A stretch of DNA of 64,000 nucleotides from Escherichia coli (GTDB taxonomy: Bacteria; Pseudomonadota; Gammaproteobacteria; Enterobacterales; Enterobacteriaceae): assembly GCF_003018255.1 (NCBI RefSeq), contig NZ_CP027440.1; one strand, written 5' to 3'. Below, in pieces: positions 1 to 10,449 of this stretch (position 1 is its first letter; every line of letters starts with the position of its first letter). The notes beneath the pieces are model-generated. The model saw nothing but the letters and a program-made list of their open reading frames with translations, did no database searches and was not told where the DNA came from. Made by a program: the position numbers and the translations under genes.

Positions 1-959
1 CGCTGACCGGTTTACCCGATAACTTTACCGTACAGGCATTTGTGATCCTGCTTTCCGGCGGCATTTTTTGCCTAAGCTCGTGGATTGGTATCAACAACGG
101 TTTGCAACGTCTAAGCAAAATGGTTGGCTGGGGCGCGTTCCTGCTGCCATTACTGGTGCTGATTGTCGGTCCAACCGAATTTATTACCAACAGCATCATC
201 AATGCCATCGGCCTGACCACGCAAAACTTCCTGCAAATGAGCTTATTCACCGATCCGCTTGGCGATGGTTCATTTACCCGCAACTGGACCGTTTTCTACT
301 GGCTGTGGTGGATCTCATACACGCCTGGCGTAGCAATGTTTGTCACCCGCGTTTCCCGCGGTCGTAAGATTAAAGAAGTTATCTGGGGACTGATCCTCGG
401 CAGCACCGTCGGTTGCTGGTTCTTCTTCGGCGTAATGGAAAGCTATGCCATTCACCAGTTTATCAATGGCGTAATCAACGTCCCACAGGTGCTGGAAACA
501 CTGGGCGGCGAGACAGCTGTGCAGCAAGTTCTGATGTCGTTGCCAGCCGGTAAATTGTTCCTCGCCGCATACCTGGGCGTGATGATTATTTTCCTTGCCT
601 CGCATATGGATGCGGTGGCCTACACCATGGCGGCAACCAGTACGCGTAATCTCCAGGAAGGTGACGATCCTGACCGTGGGCTGCGTCTTTTCTGGTGCGT
701 GGTAATTACCCTGATCCCGCTTTCAATTCTTTTCACTGGCGCGTCGCTGGAAACGATGAAAACCACCGTCGTACTCACAGCCCTTCCGTTCCTCGTCATT
801 TTACTGGTGAAAGTCGGCGGATTTATTCGCTGGCTGAAACAGGATTACGCCGACATTCCGGCTCATCATGTTGAACATTATCTCCCGCAGACACCGGTTG
901 AAGTCCTGGAAAAAACGCCAGTGCTCCCTGCGGGAACCGTATTCAAAGGCGACAACTGA
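1..959 (+). CDS. yeaV: BCCT-family transporter YeaV, C-terminal part (5' end lies outside window)
   Basis: Open frame runs from window edge (codon phase starting at nt 3) to stop at 959; hydrophobic TM-rich translation matching betT/caiT-like YeaV; followed by yeaW-yeaX as in E. coli. Confidence 0.85.
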   Translation, partial: LTGLPDNFTVQAFVILLSGGIFCLSSWIGINNGLQRLSKMVGWGAFLLPLLVLIVGPTEFITNSIINAIGLTTQNFLQMSLFTDPLGDGSFTRNWTVFYWLWWISYTPGVAMFVTRVSRGRKIKEVIWGLILGSTVGCWFFFGVMESYAIHQFINGVINVPQVLETLGGETAVQQVLMSLPAGKLFLAAYLGVMIIFLASHMDAVAYTMAATSTRNLQEGDDPDRGLRLFWCVVITLIPLSILFTGASLETMKTTVVLTALPFLVILLVKVGGFIRWLKQDYADIPAHHVEHYLPQTPVEVLEKTPVLPAGTVFKGDN

Positions 960-990
960 GCGCCATCATCCTAACGATAAAGGTATCCCT

Positions 991-2115
991 ATGAGCAATC
1001 TGAGCCCTGACTTTGTACTACCCGAAAATTTTTGCGCTAACCCGCAAGAGGCGTGGACCATTCCTGCCCGTTTTTATACCGATCAGAACGCCTTTGAACA
1101 CGAAAAAGAGAACGTCTTCGCCAAAAGCTGGATTTGCGTCGCTCACAGCAGCGAACTGGCGAATGCCAATGATTATGTGACGCGTGAGATCATTGGCGAA
1201 AGCATTGTGCTGGTACGCGGTCGTGATAAGGTTTTGCGCGCGTTCTATAACGTGTGTCCGCACCGTGGTCATCAGTTGTTGAGCGGCGAAGGGAAAGCGA
1301 AAAATGTGATTACCTGCCCGTATCACGCATGGGCATTCAAACTCGATGGCAACCTGGCCCATGCACGTAACTGCGAAAACGTCGCCAATTTCGATAGCGA
1401 CAAAGCGCAACTGGTTCCGGTGCGTCTGGAAGAATATGCCGGATTCGTCTTCATCAACATGGACCCTAACGCCACCAGCGTAGAAGATCAGTTACCCGGT
1501 CTGGGCGCGAAAGTGCTGGAAGCCTGCCCGGAAGTCCACGATCTGAAACTGGCGGCCCGCTTTACCACCCGCACGCCTGCCAACTGGAAGAACATTGTCG
1601 ATAACTATCTCGAGTGCTATCACTGTGGTCCGGCGCATCCAGGTTTCTCCGACTCCGTACAGGTTGATCGTTACTGGCACACCATGCACGGTAACTGGAC
1701 GCTGCAATACGGTTTCGCCAAACCGTCAGAACAGTCTTTCAAATTCGAAGAGGGCACGGATGCGGCATTCCACGGTTTCTGGCTGTGGCCGTGCACGATG
1801 CTTAACGTCACACCGATCAAAGGGATGATGACGGTCATTTATGAATTCCCGGTGGATTCTGAAACTACCCTGCAAAACTACGATATTTACTTCACCAATG
1901 AAGAGTTAACCGACGAGCAAAAATCGCTGATTGAGTGGTATCGCGATGTGTTCCGTCCGGAAGATTTACGTCTGGTTGAAAGCGTACAGAAAGGGCTGAA
2001 ATCGCGTGGCTATCGTGGTCAGGGGCGCATCATGGCCGACAGTAGCGGTAGCGGAATTTCCGAACATGGTATCGCCCATTTCCATAATCTGCTGGCGCAG
2101 GTGTTTAAGGACTAA
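991..2115 (+). CDS. yeaW: Rieske-type carnitine monooxygenase oxygenase subunit (CntA homolog), 374 aa
   Basis: ATG at 991 inside longer ORF 868..2115; Rieske motif CPHRGHQ...CPYHAW in translation; length matches YeaW. Confidence 0.92.
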   Translation: MSNLSPDFVLPENFCANPQEAWTIPARFYTDQNAFEHEKENVFAKSWICVAHSSELANANDYVTREIIGESIVLVRGRDKVLRAFYNVCPHRGHQLLSGEGKAKNVITCPYHAWAFKLDGNLAHARNCENVANFDSDKAQLVPVRLEEYAGFVFINMDPNATSVEDQLPGLGAKVLEACPEVHDLKLAARFTTRTPANWKNIVDNYLECYHCGPAHPGFSDSVQVDRYWHTMHGNWTLQYGFAKPSEQSFKFEEGTDAAFHGFWLWPCTMLNVTPIKGMMTVIYEFPVDSETTLQNYDIYFTNEELTDEQKSLIEWYRDVFRPEDLRLVESVQKGLKSRGYRGQGRIMADSSGSGISEHGIAHFHNLLAQVFKD

Positions 2116-2170
2116 TGACATCGGCGGCGGTATTTTCCGCCGCTGGGCTGATTTTTGATGGAGTACAGCA

Positions 2171-3136
2171 ATGTCAGACTATCAAATGTTTGAAGTACAG
2201 GTGAGTCAGGTGGAACCGCTTACCGAACAGGTGAAACGCTTCACGCTGGTGGCAACCGATGGCAAACCGCTGCCTGCGTTCACCGGAGGAAGTCACATCA
2301 TAGTGCAGATGAGCGATGGTGATAACCAGTACAGCAATGCGTATTCACTACTGAGTTCACCGCATAACACCTCTAGTTATCAGATTGCCGTTCGACTGGA
2401 GGAAAACTCGCGCGGCGGTTCCCGCTTTTTGCATCAGCAGGTAAAAGTGGGCGATCGGTTAACGATTTCAACGCCTAATAACCTGTTTGCGCTAATTCCC
2501 TCGGCCAGAAAGCATCTGTTTATCGCGGGCGGTATTGGTATCACCCCTTTCCTGTCGCACCTGGCAGAGTTGCAATACAGCGACGTCGACTGGCAGCTAC
2601 ATTACTGCACGCGAAATCCAGAAAGTTGCGCATTTCGTGATGAGCTAGTCCAGCATCCACAGGCTGAGAAAGTTCACTTACATCACTCATCAACCGGAAC
2701 ACGACTGGAATTAGCGCGATTATTGGCGGATATCGAACCTGGCACACATGTTTATACCTGTGGCCCCGAGGCGCTAAATGAAGCGGTAAGAAGTGAAGCT
2801 GCGCGTCTGAACATCGCCGCCGATACGCTGCACTTTGAGCAATTTGCTATCGAAGACAAAACCGGCGATGCATTTACCCTGGTGCTTGCCCGTTCCGGAA
2901 AAGAGTTTGTGGTGCCGGAAGAGATGACTATTTTGCAGGTTATTGAAAATAATAAAGCAGCGAAAGTGGAATGTTTATGTCGTGAAGGGGTATGCGGAAC
3001 CTGCGAAACGGCAATACTGGAAGGTGAAGCTGACCATCGGGATCAGTATTTTAGCGATGAAGAGCGTGCCAGCCAGCAAAGTATGTTGATCTGTTGTTCG
3101 CGCGCGAAGGGTAAACGCCTGGTGTTGGATTTGTAG
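2171..3136 (+). CDS. yeaX: Carnitine monooxygenase reductase subunit (ferredoxin-NAD reductase with C-terminal 2Fe-2S ferredoxin domain), 321 aa
   Basis: ORF 2171..3136; C-terminal CxxGxCxxC ferredoxin motif (CREGVCGTC); adjacent to yeaW. Confidence 0.92.
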   Translation: MSDYQMFEVQVSQVEPLTEQVKRFTLVATDGKPLPAFTGGSHIIVQMSDGDNQYSNAYSLLSSPHNTSSYQIAVRLEENSRGGSRFLHQQVKVGDRLTISTPNNLFALIPSARKHLFIAGGIGITPFLSHLAELQYSDVDWQLHYCTRNPESCAFRDELVQHPQAEKVHLHHSSTGTRLELARLLADIEPGTHVYTCGPEALNEAVRSEAARLNIAADTLHFEQFAIEDKTGDAFTLVLARSGKEFVVPEEMTILQVIENNKAAKVECLCREGVCGTCETAILEGEADHRDQYFSDEERASQQSMLICCSRAKGKRLVLDL

Positions 3137-3140
3137 TTTG

Positions 3141-3177
3141 CCGAAGCCGGACTGAGCGCGCCCAGTCCGGCTTCGGA
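3141..3177. terminator. GC-rich 14-bp inverted repeat between convergent yeaX and rnd (likely bidirectional terminator)
   Basis: ccgaagccggactg ... cagtccggcttcgg palindrome directly after the yeaX stop codon. Confidence 0.5.
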
Positions 3178-3182
3178 AGATT

Positions 3183-4310
3183 TTACTGCGGATATTCCTG
3201 CAATAAATTGTGTAATGCTTCCGCCATCAGCTCACCACGCCAGCCGGAAATCAGCTCCGGCAAATTGTTCTGCGGTTTCAGTTTCCAGTGCCAGTTCAGC
3301 AGTTGGTTGATTTGCCGACGCGATGCCAGCAATTCGGCGCTGATCTTGTGCGTTTCGCTCACGTCAGTAATCAGCGACTTAATCGCTTTAAACGCTTTAC
3401 GATAACCCGGCATGTCCATCAGGTTAAGCATCGGCTGCGGTAAGGCCTCTTCCGGCAATGCCTGCGCTTTTTCCACCAGCGCCAGCAGCGTTTTACCGTG
3501 AAAGCGGATTTCGCTACCGGATAAGCCCAGGCTGTCCAGTTCGCCTAAACTTCCCGGCATATAACGCGCTACGGACCACAAATGCTCTTCACGCACGACA
3601 AAGTTCACTGCCAGATCGCGCTCCCGCGCCTTGCGCAGTCGCCAGTCGGCTAACAGTTGCAGACAGGCCAGTTGGCGTGTGCGTAACTGCCAGGCATTGG
3701 TGATATCACGCCAGGCATCTTCCGGAGCAACGACTTCCTGACGACGCATTTGCATCAGGCGGCATTCATCCAGCGCCGCAGGTAGCCAGCCGGAGGCCTC
3801 CGTTTCTACCATAAGCTTTGCGGTGATCGGTAACAGATACCAGACATCCGCCGCTGCGTATTCACACTGACGTTCGGTCAGCGGTCTGGCCAGCCAGTCG
3901 GTGCGCGATTCACTCTTGTCCAGCGTAACGCCGGAATACTCTTCCACCATGGAAGCGAAACCCCATGACATCGGGCGTCCGCAGAAGGCAGCAAGGATTT
4001 GCGTGTCAATCAAGGGTTGTGGTAATTCGCCAAAGACATTGAGGAACACTTCCAGATCTTCACTGCCCGCATGGAGAAATTTTGTGATGGACGGATCGCG
4101 CAGGATCGCTTTCAGCGGTGACCAGTCAGAGATCCCGAGGGGATCAATTAGCGCCAGATGCTCACCATCAAAAAGTTGAATTAGACCCAGTTGCGGGTAA
4201 TAGGTGCGCGTACGAACAAATTCAGTATCCAGGGCTATCGCCGGAAAGGCACGGACGGCTTCACACAAAGAAGCCAGCGCATCGTCCGTGGTAATCATTT
4301 GGTAATTCAA
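3183..4310 (-). CDS. rnd: Ribonuclease D, 375 aa
   Basis: ORF 3183..4310 minus; translation matches RNase D (3'-5' exonuclease plus HRDC domains); length exact. Confidence 0.95.
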   Translation of the reverse strand: MNYQMITTDDALASLCEAVRAFPAIALDTEFVRTRTYYPQLGLIQLFDGEHLALIDPLGISDWSPLKAILRDPSITKFLHAGSEDLEVFLNVFGELPQPLIDTQILAAFCGRPMSWGFASMVEEYSGVTLDKSESRTDWLARPLTERQCEYAAADVWYLLPITAKLMVETEASGWLPAALDECRLMQMRRQEVVAPEDAWRDITNAWQLRTRQLACLQLLADWRLRKARERDLAVNFVVREEHLWSVARYMPGSLGELDSLGLSGSEIRFHGKTLLALVEKAQALPEEALPQPMLNLMDMPGYRKAFKAIKSLITDVSETHKISAELLASRRQINQLLNWHWKLKPQNNLPELISGWRGELMAEALHNLLQEYPQ

Positions 4311-4379
4311 ATTGTATTCTCTTTAGTGGGCGTCAAAAAAAACGCCGGATTAACCGGCGTCTGACGACTGACTTAACGC

Positions 4380-6065
4380 TCAGGCTTTATTGTCCACTTT
4401 GCCGCGCGCTTCGTCACGTAATTCTCGTCGCAAAATTTTTCCGACGTTAGATTTCGGTAACTCATCACGAAACTCCACCAGCTTCGGTACTTTGTAGCCC
4501 GTGAGCTGACGGCGGCAAAAAGTCACCAGTGACTCTTCGGTAAGTGATGGATCTTTTTTCACAACGAAGATTTTCACCGCTTCGCCACTGGAGCCAGAAG
4601 GTACGCCAACAGCCGCGACTTCCTGTACGCCAGGATGCTGCATGACGACATCTTCAATCTCGTTGGGATAGACGTTAAAACCGGAAACCAGAATCATGTC
4701 TTTTTTACGATCGACAATACGCAGGAATCCTTCTTCATCCATCACCGCGATGTCGCCAGTGTGTAACCAGCCATTTTTGATGATTTCATCGGTAGCATCC
4801 GGACGCTGCCAGTAACCCAGCATCACCTGCGGTCCTTTGACACAAAGCTCACCTGGTTGACCCGGTGGTACTTCGTTGTCGTCGTCATCCACCAGTTTGG
4901 CTTCCGTCGACGGCACCGGCAAACCGATGCTACCACTATGATAATCAATATCATACGGGTTAACGCTGACCAGCGGCGCACACTCGGTCAGGCCATAACC
5001 TTCCAGCAGATACTGCCCTGTCAGTTTCACCCAACGTTCTGCCACCACTTGCTGAACAGGCATCCCACCGCCTGCGGAAAGGTGCAGACTGGAGAAATCC
5101 AGCTGCTGGAACTCTTTATTGTTCAGCAACGCATTGAATAAGGTGTTAACGCCAGTGATAGCGGTAAACGGATATTTCGCTAACTCTTTTACCAACCCTG
5201 GAATATCGCGCGGGTTAGTGATAAGCAGGTTCTGCCCACCCAGTTCGATAAACAGCAGGCAGTTAATGGTCAGTGCAAAAATGTGATAAAGCGGCAGCGC
5301 CGTCACCACCAGCTCTTTGCCCGGATGCAACAGCGGACCATAGGTCGCGTTAACCTGTTCCAGGTTCGCCAGCATATTGCGGTGAGTCAGCATCGCGCCT
5401 TTCGCCACACCAGTGGTACCGCCGGTGTATTGCAGGAAAGCTAAATCTTCCGGCACCAGTTCGGGTTTGACGTACTGCATCCGGTAGCCGTTGTGCAGGG
5501 CGCTACGAAATGAAATGGCATCTGGCAGATGGTATTTCGGCACCAGACGCTTGATGTATTTAACAACAAAATTGACTACCGTGCCTTTTGCCGTAGATAG
5601 CTGATCGCCCATACGGGTCAGAATTACGTGCTGAACGGCGGTTTTATCAACCACTTTTTCCAGAGTGTGGGCAAAGTTAGACACGATAACAATCGCCGAT
5701 GCGCCGCTATCGTTAAGCTGATGCTCAAGTTCACGCGGGGTATACAACGGGTTAACGTTTACGACAATCATCCCGGCACGCAAAATGCCAAACAGCGCCA
5801 CCGGATATTGCAATAAATTAGGCATCATCAACGCAACGCGATCGCCTTTCTTCAGTCCCAACCCTTGTTGCAAATAAGCGGCAAACGCGCGACTGCGTTC
5901 TTCCAGTTTGCGGAAGGTCATCACCTCCCCCATATTCACAAACGCGGGTTGATCGGCGTAGCGCGCGACCGACTGCTCAAACATATCTACCAGAGATTGA
6001 TAACGGTCAGGGTTGATCTCCGTCGGAACGTCCGCGGGATAACGGTTAAGCCAAACCTTCTTCAA
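4380..6065 (-). CDS. fadD: Long-chain fatty-acid CoA ligase FadD, 561 aa, TTG start
   Basis: ORF 4380..6131 minus; known N-terminus [10 protein letters not shown] begins at the TTG codon at 6063-6065; AMP-binding motif [12 protein letters not shown] present. Confidence 0.93.
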
Positions 6066-6137
6066 TTCTTCACCTCTAAAATGCGTGTTCGTCGTCATCG
6101 CAACCCCAAATGATATACATGCCGTTAACATAATATT

Positions 6138-6154
6138 AACTCATCATACCAGCT
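6138..6154. promoter_or_regulatory. FadR operator O1 of fadD promoter
   Basis: Reverse complement reads AGCTGGTATGATGAGTT, matching the FadR box as I recall it, 73-89 bp upstream of fadD start. Confidence 0.55.
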
Positions 6155-6223
6155 TGATAATTACCCAACGAAAAGGTTGCGAAGCGCGTCACTATTTATT
6201 TTTATCTTTACCGTAAGAATGCA

Positions 6224-6258
6224 GAAACAGCGGACCAGCCGCTGTTTCTTTTTCTTTA
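6224..6258. promoter_or_regulatory. FadR operator O2 embedded in a perfect 10-bp stem hairpin with T-tract (also probable yeaY 3' terminator)
   Basis: gaaacagcgg-accag-ccgctgtttc followed by tttttcttt; reverse complement contains GGCTGGTCCGCTGTTTC. Confidence 0.5.
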
Positions 6259-6269
6259 AAAACAAGCAA

Positions 6270-6851
6270 TTATTCAGTTACAACTGTTTGTACTCTCGCG
6301 GGACCGGGATTATACCAGCCCCATCCACCGTAGCCATAGGGCCAGCCACGACCGCCATAAAACCATGGATCAATCGGCTGAGGCGGCATAATCACCTGCT
6401 GGGTTAAATGCCAACGTTTGTAACCCGTTACTTGCATCACCATAAATTTATAGGGCGTGTTGCCGATTTTGCCGTCAACCGCACCGGTGATTGGCCCAAC
6501 TACCGTAACCAGTTGTCCACGGAAATCTACCGGGTCCAGAAAACCGTTCACATCGGCATAAATGCGCCCGCGTGAAGGTTCTCCCAAAGTTGGTCTGGCT
6601 CCGCTGTCCAGCGGTACGGTAGCAATTTCCAGGCGGGTTTTCCCTTGCTGGTTTTGTACCGCAACCACTTTGCCACCAAAGCGTGCCTCCTGACCAACGT
6701 ACAGCTGCGGCGCACTCATCACCCGAACTAAATCTTGTTGCGGCGTGGGACTGCTGCCTTTAATGGCGTCCGGCACAGTAACACAACCGCTCAGCATTAG
6801 CGCAAACGTACCTGCCAGTATGCCTTTGATAACATTCTTTTGAACCGCCAT
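6270..6851 (-). CDS. yeaY: Slp-family outer-membrane lipoprotein YeaY, 193 aa
   Basis: ORF 6270..6851 minus; lipoprotein signal with LSGC lipobox; Slp-like sequence. Confidence 0.9.
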
Positions 6852-6888
6852 GATGCGACTCCTTTTTCTCAGGGCATACTCTTAAGAT

Positions 6889-7584
6889 TCATTCTTTGCC
6901 CGGAAGTTTCTTCCATGCGACGTTGTTACGTAAATAAACCGGTTCGGCATGTTCCACCGCCACCGTTTTACTCTCGGCAAACATCTGACAAGCAATCGGC
7001 AGCATATCTTCTGCAGCGGGCAGTAACACTTCGCCATCGCACAGGGCCAAACCGCTCTCTTTACCGAGATCCGGCCAGGCTTGCCAGCCCGTCCCTACCG
7101 TCACCCATTCGCCGGAAAGCTGTTGCATCCGTTCATGAACGAGTTCAGGTTTCAGTACGGCTTCGGTTTCTTCACCGTGCCAGATACCGTTTTCATCACG
7201 CTGATATTCGGCCCAGTAAACTTCGCCCATTCGCGCGTCAATGGCTGCCAGCACGCGTGTTGCGCCGTTTTTGCGCCACGCCCCTTGCGCCATCGTCATT
7301 AGCGTGGAGACGCCAATCATCGGTAATTCCGCGCCAAGCGCCAGCCCTTGCGCGATGCCAATACCAATGCGCACGCCAGTAAAGCTACCGGGGCCGCGCC
7401 CGTAAGCCAGAGCGTTAATATCAGTCAGGGAAGTTCCGCTGGTGGTCAGGATATCCTGCACCATCGGTAAGATTCGTTGAGTATGTTCACGAGGGCAAAG
7501 CTCAAAATGAGCGTTGACAGTACCGTCGTTCCACAGGGCGACAGAGCAGGCCTCTGTCGCGGTATCGATAGCCAGAATTCGCAT
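6889..7584 (-). CDS. tsaB: tRNA t6A37 threonylcarbamoyladenosine biosynthesis protein TsaB (YeaZ), 231 aa
   Basis: ORF 6889..7584 minus; N-terminus [17 protein letters not shown] typical of TsaB. Confidence 0.93.
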   Translation of the reverse strand: MRILAIDTATEACSVALWNDGTVNAHFELCPREHTQRILPMVQDILTTSGTSLTDINALAYGRGPGSFTGVRIGIGIAQGLALGAELPMIGVSTLMTMAQGAWRKNGATRVLAAIDARMGEVYWAEYQRDENGIWHGEETEAVLKPELVHERMQQLSGEWVTVGTGWQAWPDLGKESGLALCDGEVLLPAAEDMLPIACQMFAESKTVAVEHAEPVYLRNNVAWKKLPGKE

Positions 7585-7641
7585 GGGTCTTCGTGCTTAG
7601 ATCAATAAAAAGGCGCGCATCATACCATACTCCGTAACAAA

Positions 7642-9552
7642 TTACCTGGAGGATGGTATCGCAAGGAAACGAACCGCACGGGCAATGTCACGGGTGCGCG
7701 GCGCTGGCGGCAGACTGGCGAGAAACGTCGCGCCGTAAGGGCGCATCACCAGCCGATTGTCGCAAATCACCAGCACGCCGCGATCGTCAGCGTCGCGAAT
7801 CAGTCGCCCTACCCCCTGTTTGAGAGTAATGACCGCATCCGGCAGCTGTACTTCATCGAACGGGTCGCCACCGCGCAAACGGCAATCTTCCATGCGCGCT
7901 TTTAACAGTGGATCATCCGGCGAGGTAAACGGCAATTTGTCGATAATCACCAATGACAGCGTATCGCCACGCACGTCCACCCCTTCCCAGAAGCTGCTGG
8001 TTGCCACAAGAAGCGCGTTACCGGCGCTGACAAATTGCTGCAACAGTTGCCCTTTGCTGGTTTCCCCCTGCAACAAAACGGGAAGCGTCATGGTAGCGCG
8101 GAACTGCTCGGCCAGATCGCGCATCATGGCGTGCGAGGTACAAAGCATAAAACAACGACCGTTGTTAGCTTCGATGATCGGTCGCAACATTGCCGCCAGT
8201 TGCCGTGCGGAGCCCGGTTGATTGGTTTGCGGCAGGTTGCGCGGCACACAGAGTAACGCCTGGCGGCTGTAATCAAACGGGCTGGGTAACAGCAACGACT
8301 CTGCCTGTTCAATGCCAAGCCGCGAGGTAAAATGATGCAGATCGTCATTCACCGACAGCGTTGCCGAGGTAAAAATCCAGCTACCTGGCTTTTGCGCCAT
8401 TAACTCTTTGAATTTATCCGCCACGCTAAGCGGCGTCAGCGCGAGAGTGAAATGGCGCGAGGTACATTCGTACCAGTAGCTGTAACCCGGCTGATTAATC
8501 TCTTTTAGCCGTTTGAGTCGCGTGCGATACAACGTGGCGCGTTCAAATGCCGCATCCAGCAAGGCGGAACGCCCCAGCGAAAGTTTCGCCACGTCATAAC
8601 AAAGTTCCAGGGTGTCATCGAGCAGTAAAAACGCCCGCTGAATTTGCGGATTAGCTAACAGTTCGCGCAGGTTGCCACGATAACCAGGCTCACCGAGTTG
8701 CAGACGAAAATCCTGCGCGCTCTGGGCAAGGCGGTCGGCGCACTTTTGTAACTGCTGGGTGTCTTTTAATTCGGTGCGGTAGGCGATGGTGATGTCTTTT
8801 GCCAGGTCGAGCAGTTGTCGACTGGAGAGTGACTGACCAAAATACTGGCTGGCAATGTCAGGCAGTTGGTGGGCTTCGTCGAAGATCATCACGTCAGCTT
8901 CCGGGATCAGTTCGCCAAATCCACTCTCTTTCACCACCATATCCGCCAGAAAGAGATGATGGTTTACCACCACCACATCGGCGTCCATCGCTTTTTTGCG
9001 TGCTTTGACCACAAAGCAATCTTTATACATCGGGCAGTCGCTGCCAAGACAGTTGTCGTTGGTGCTGGTGACCAGCGGCCACGCCTGTGAATCTTCCGCC
9101 ACGCTGACGCAGGTGCTGATATCACCATCGACTGTTTGATTAGACCAGGAGCGCAGCAGGATCACATCGCTTAAGATTTGTACCGGCAGATCGCCCCCCG
9201 CCAGCGCCTGCTGTTCGAGACGCTCGAGGCAGAGGTAGTTTGAGCGCCCTTTCAGCAACGCCACATTGCCCGTGTATTTCAATGCCTTTGAGACTGTTGG
9301 CAAATCGCGGCTGTAGAGCTGATCCTGCAACGCTTTTGAGCCGGTCGAGATAATGACTTTCTTTTTCGCCCGCAGCGCAGGAGCCAGGTAAGCGTAGGTT
9401 TTGCCCGTACCGGTTCCTGCTTCCACCACCAGCGGCTGGCCTTTTTCTATCGCCTGGGTGACGGCTACCGCCATCTGTCGCTGTGGTTCTCGCGGCTTAA
9501 AGCCTGGTATCGCTTTCGCCAGCTGACCGTCTGGTGCAAAATCGTCCGTCAC
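7642..9552 (-). CDS. yoaA: DinG-family ATP-dependent DNA helicase YoaA, 636 aa
   Basis: ORF 7642..9552 minus; Walker A GTGTGKT, DEAH box (FDEAHQL), Cys cluster consistent with Fe-S helicase. Confidence 0.93.
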   Translation of the reverse strand: MTDDFAPDGQLAKAIPGFKPREPQRQMAVAVTQAIEKGQPLVVEAGTGTGKTYAYLAPALRAKKKVIISTGSKALQDQLYSRDLPTVSKALKYTGNVALLKGRSNYLCLERLEQQALAGGDLPVQILSDVILLRSWSNQTVDGDISTCVSVAEDSQAWPLVTSTNDNCLGSDCPMYKDCFVVKARKKAMDADVVVVNHHLFLADMVVKESGFGELIPEADVMIFDEAHQLPDIASQYFGQSLSSRQLLDLAKDITIAYRTELKDTQQLQKCADRLAQSAQDFRLQLGEPGYRGNLRELLANPQIQRAFLLLDDTLELCYDVAKLSLGRSALLDAAFERATLYRTRLKRLKEINQPGYSYWYECTSRHFTLALTPLSVADKFKELMAQKPGSWIFTSATLSVNDDLHHFTSRLGIEQAESLLLPSPFDYSRQALLCVPRNLPQTNQPGSARQLAAMLRPIIEANNGRCFMLCTSHAMMRDLAEQFRATMTLPVLLQGETSKGQLLQQFVSAGNALLVATSSFWEGVDVRGDTLSLVIIDKLPFTSPDDPLLKARMEDCRLRGGDPFDEVQLPDAVITLKQGVGRLIRDADDRGVLVICDNRLVMRPYGATFLASLPPAPRTRDIARAVRFLAIPSSR

Positions 9553-9683
9553 ACTACCCCCTGTTGATTTGAACAGGGATTATGTCAGGATGAGGGCGCT
9601 TTCGCCAGTTGAAGTGATGACGGCGACCTCACATTGTGGCAGTCTTTGCAGCACGAAAATGGAAGTATAATGAGGACAAAATG

Positions 9684-10028
9684 ATGACTATCGTTCGTAT
9701 CGATGCTGAAGCCCGCTGGTCTGATGTGGTGATCCACAACAACACGCTCTACTACACTGGTGTACCGGAAAACCTCGACGCCGATGCTTTCGAGCAAACT
9801 GCCAACACGCTGGCGCAGATTGACGCCGTGCTGGAAAAACAGGGCAGCAATAAATCGAGCATTCTGGATGCCACCATTTTCCTGGCTGATAAAAACGACT
9901 TCGCGGCGATGAATAAAGCGTGGGATGCCTGGGTTGTCGCGGGTCATGCGCCGGTGCGCTGCACGGTACAAGCGGGTTTGATGAACCCGAAGTATAAAGT
10001 TGAAATTAAGATTGTGGCTGCGGTGTAA
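9684..10028 (+). CDS. yoaB: RidA/YjgF-family protein YoaB, 114 aa
   Basis: Internal ATG at 9684 of ORF 9636..10028 gives known length; RidA-like translation. Confidence 0.88.
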   Translation: MTIVRIDAEARWSDVVIHNNTLYYTGVPENLDADAFEQTANTLAQIDAVLEKQGSNKSSILDATIFLADKNDFAAMNKAWDAWVVAGHAPVRCTVQAGLMNPKYKVEIKIVAAV

Positions 10029-10449
10029 GCTTTATCGAAGCAAAATAAGTCAGACGATAATTTATCGATAATACTGGTCGGTTTTACATAAATCGACCAG
10101 AGATTAAGATATTACTGTTGATGCTCCTGCTAATTCATTATTTATTTTTATATTTTCAATTTTAGCTATAAAGCTAACTATATAAATAAACATAACCATG
10201 CCGTTGTGTTCGCCCTTCGATTAGCATCTCTGGTTTTCTTTCTTAGCTGAACAATTTGGTTATAGCGTGAGAACTGACCGTCAATTTTCTCTCTCTTACT
10301 GGATAACACACCATGAGCTGCTACCTTTAAAACACCTGAATGTCAACAGGTTAACTCGTGCCATATCGTTATAATCCCTTTGATATTAGATGCAAATTAA
10401 GGTCATATATAGCCTTATCGATAACATGGTTAATTTTAAGGATAAGAAT

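Noticed and set aside
868-990. Upstream extension of the yeaW ORF overlapping the yeaV 3' end
   Set aside because: The ATG at 991 gives the known 374-aa YeaW; the extension would overlap the yeaV coding sequence with no SD.
6066-6131. N-terminal extension of fadD (ORF track starts at 6131)
   Set aside because: The known FadD N-terminus [10 protein letters not shown] corresponds to the TTG at 6063-6065; the upstream ATG would add 22 residues not present in FadD.
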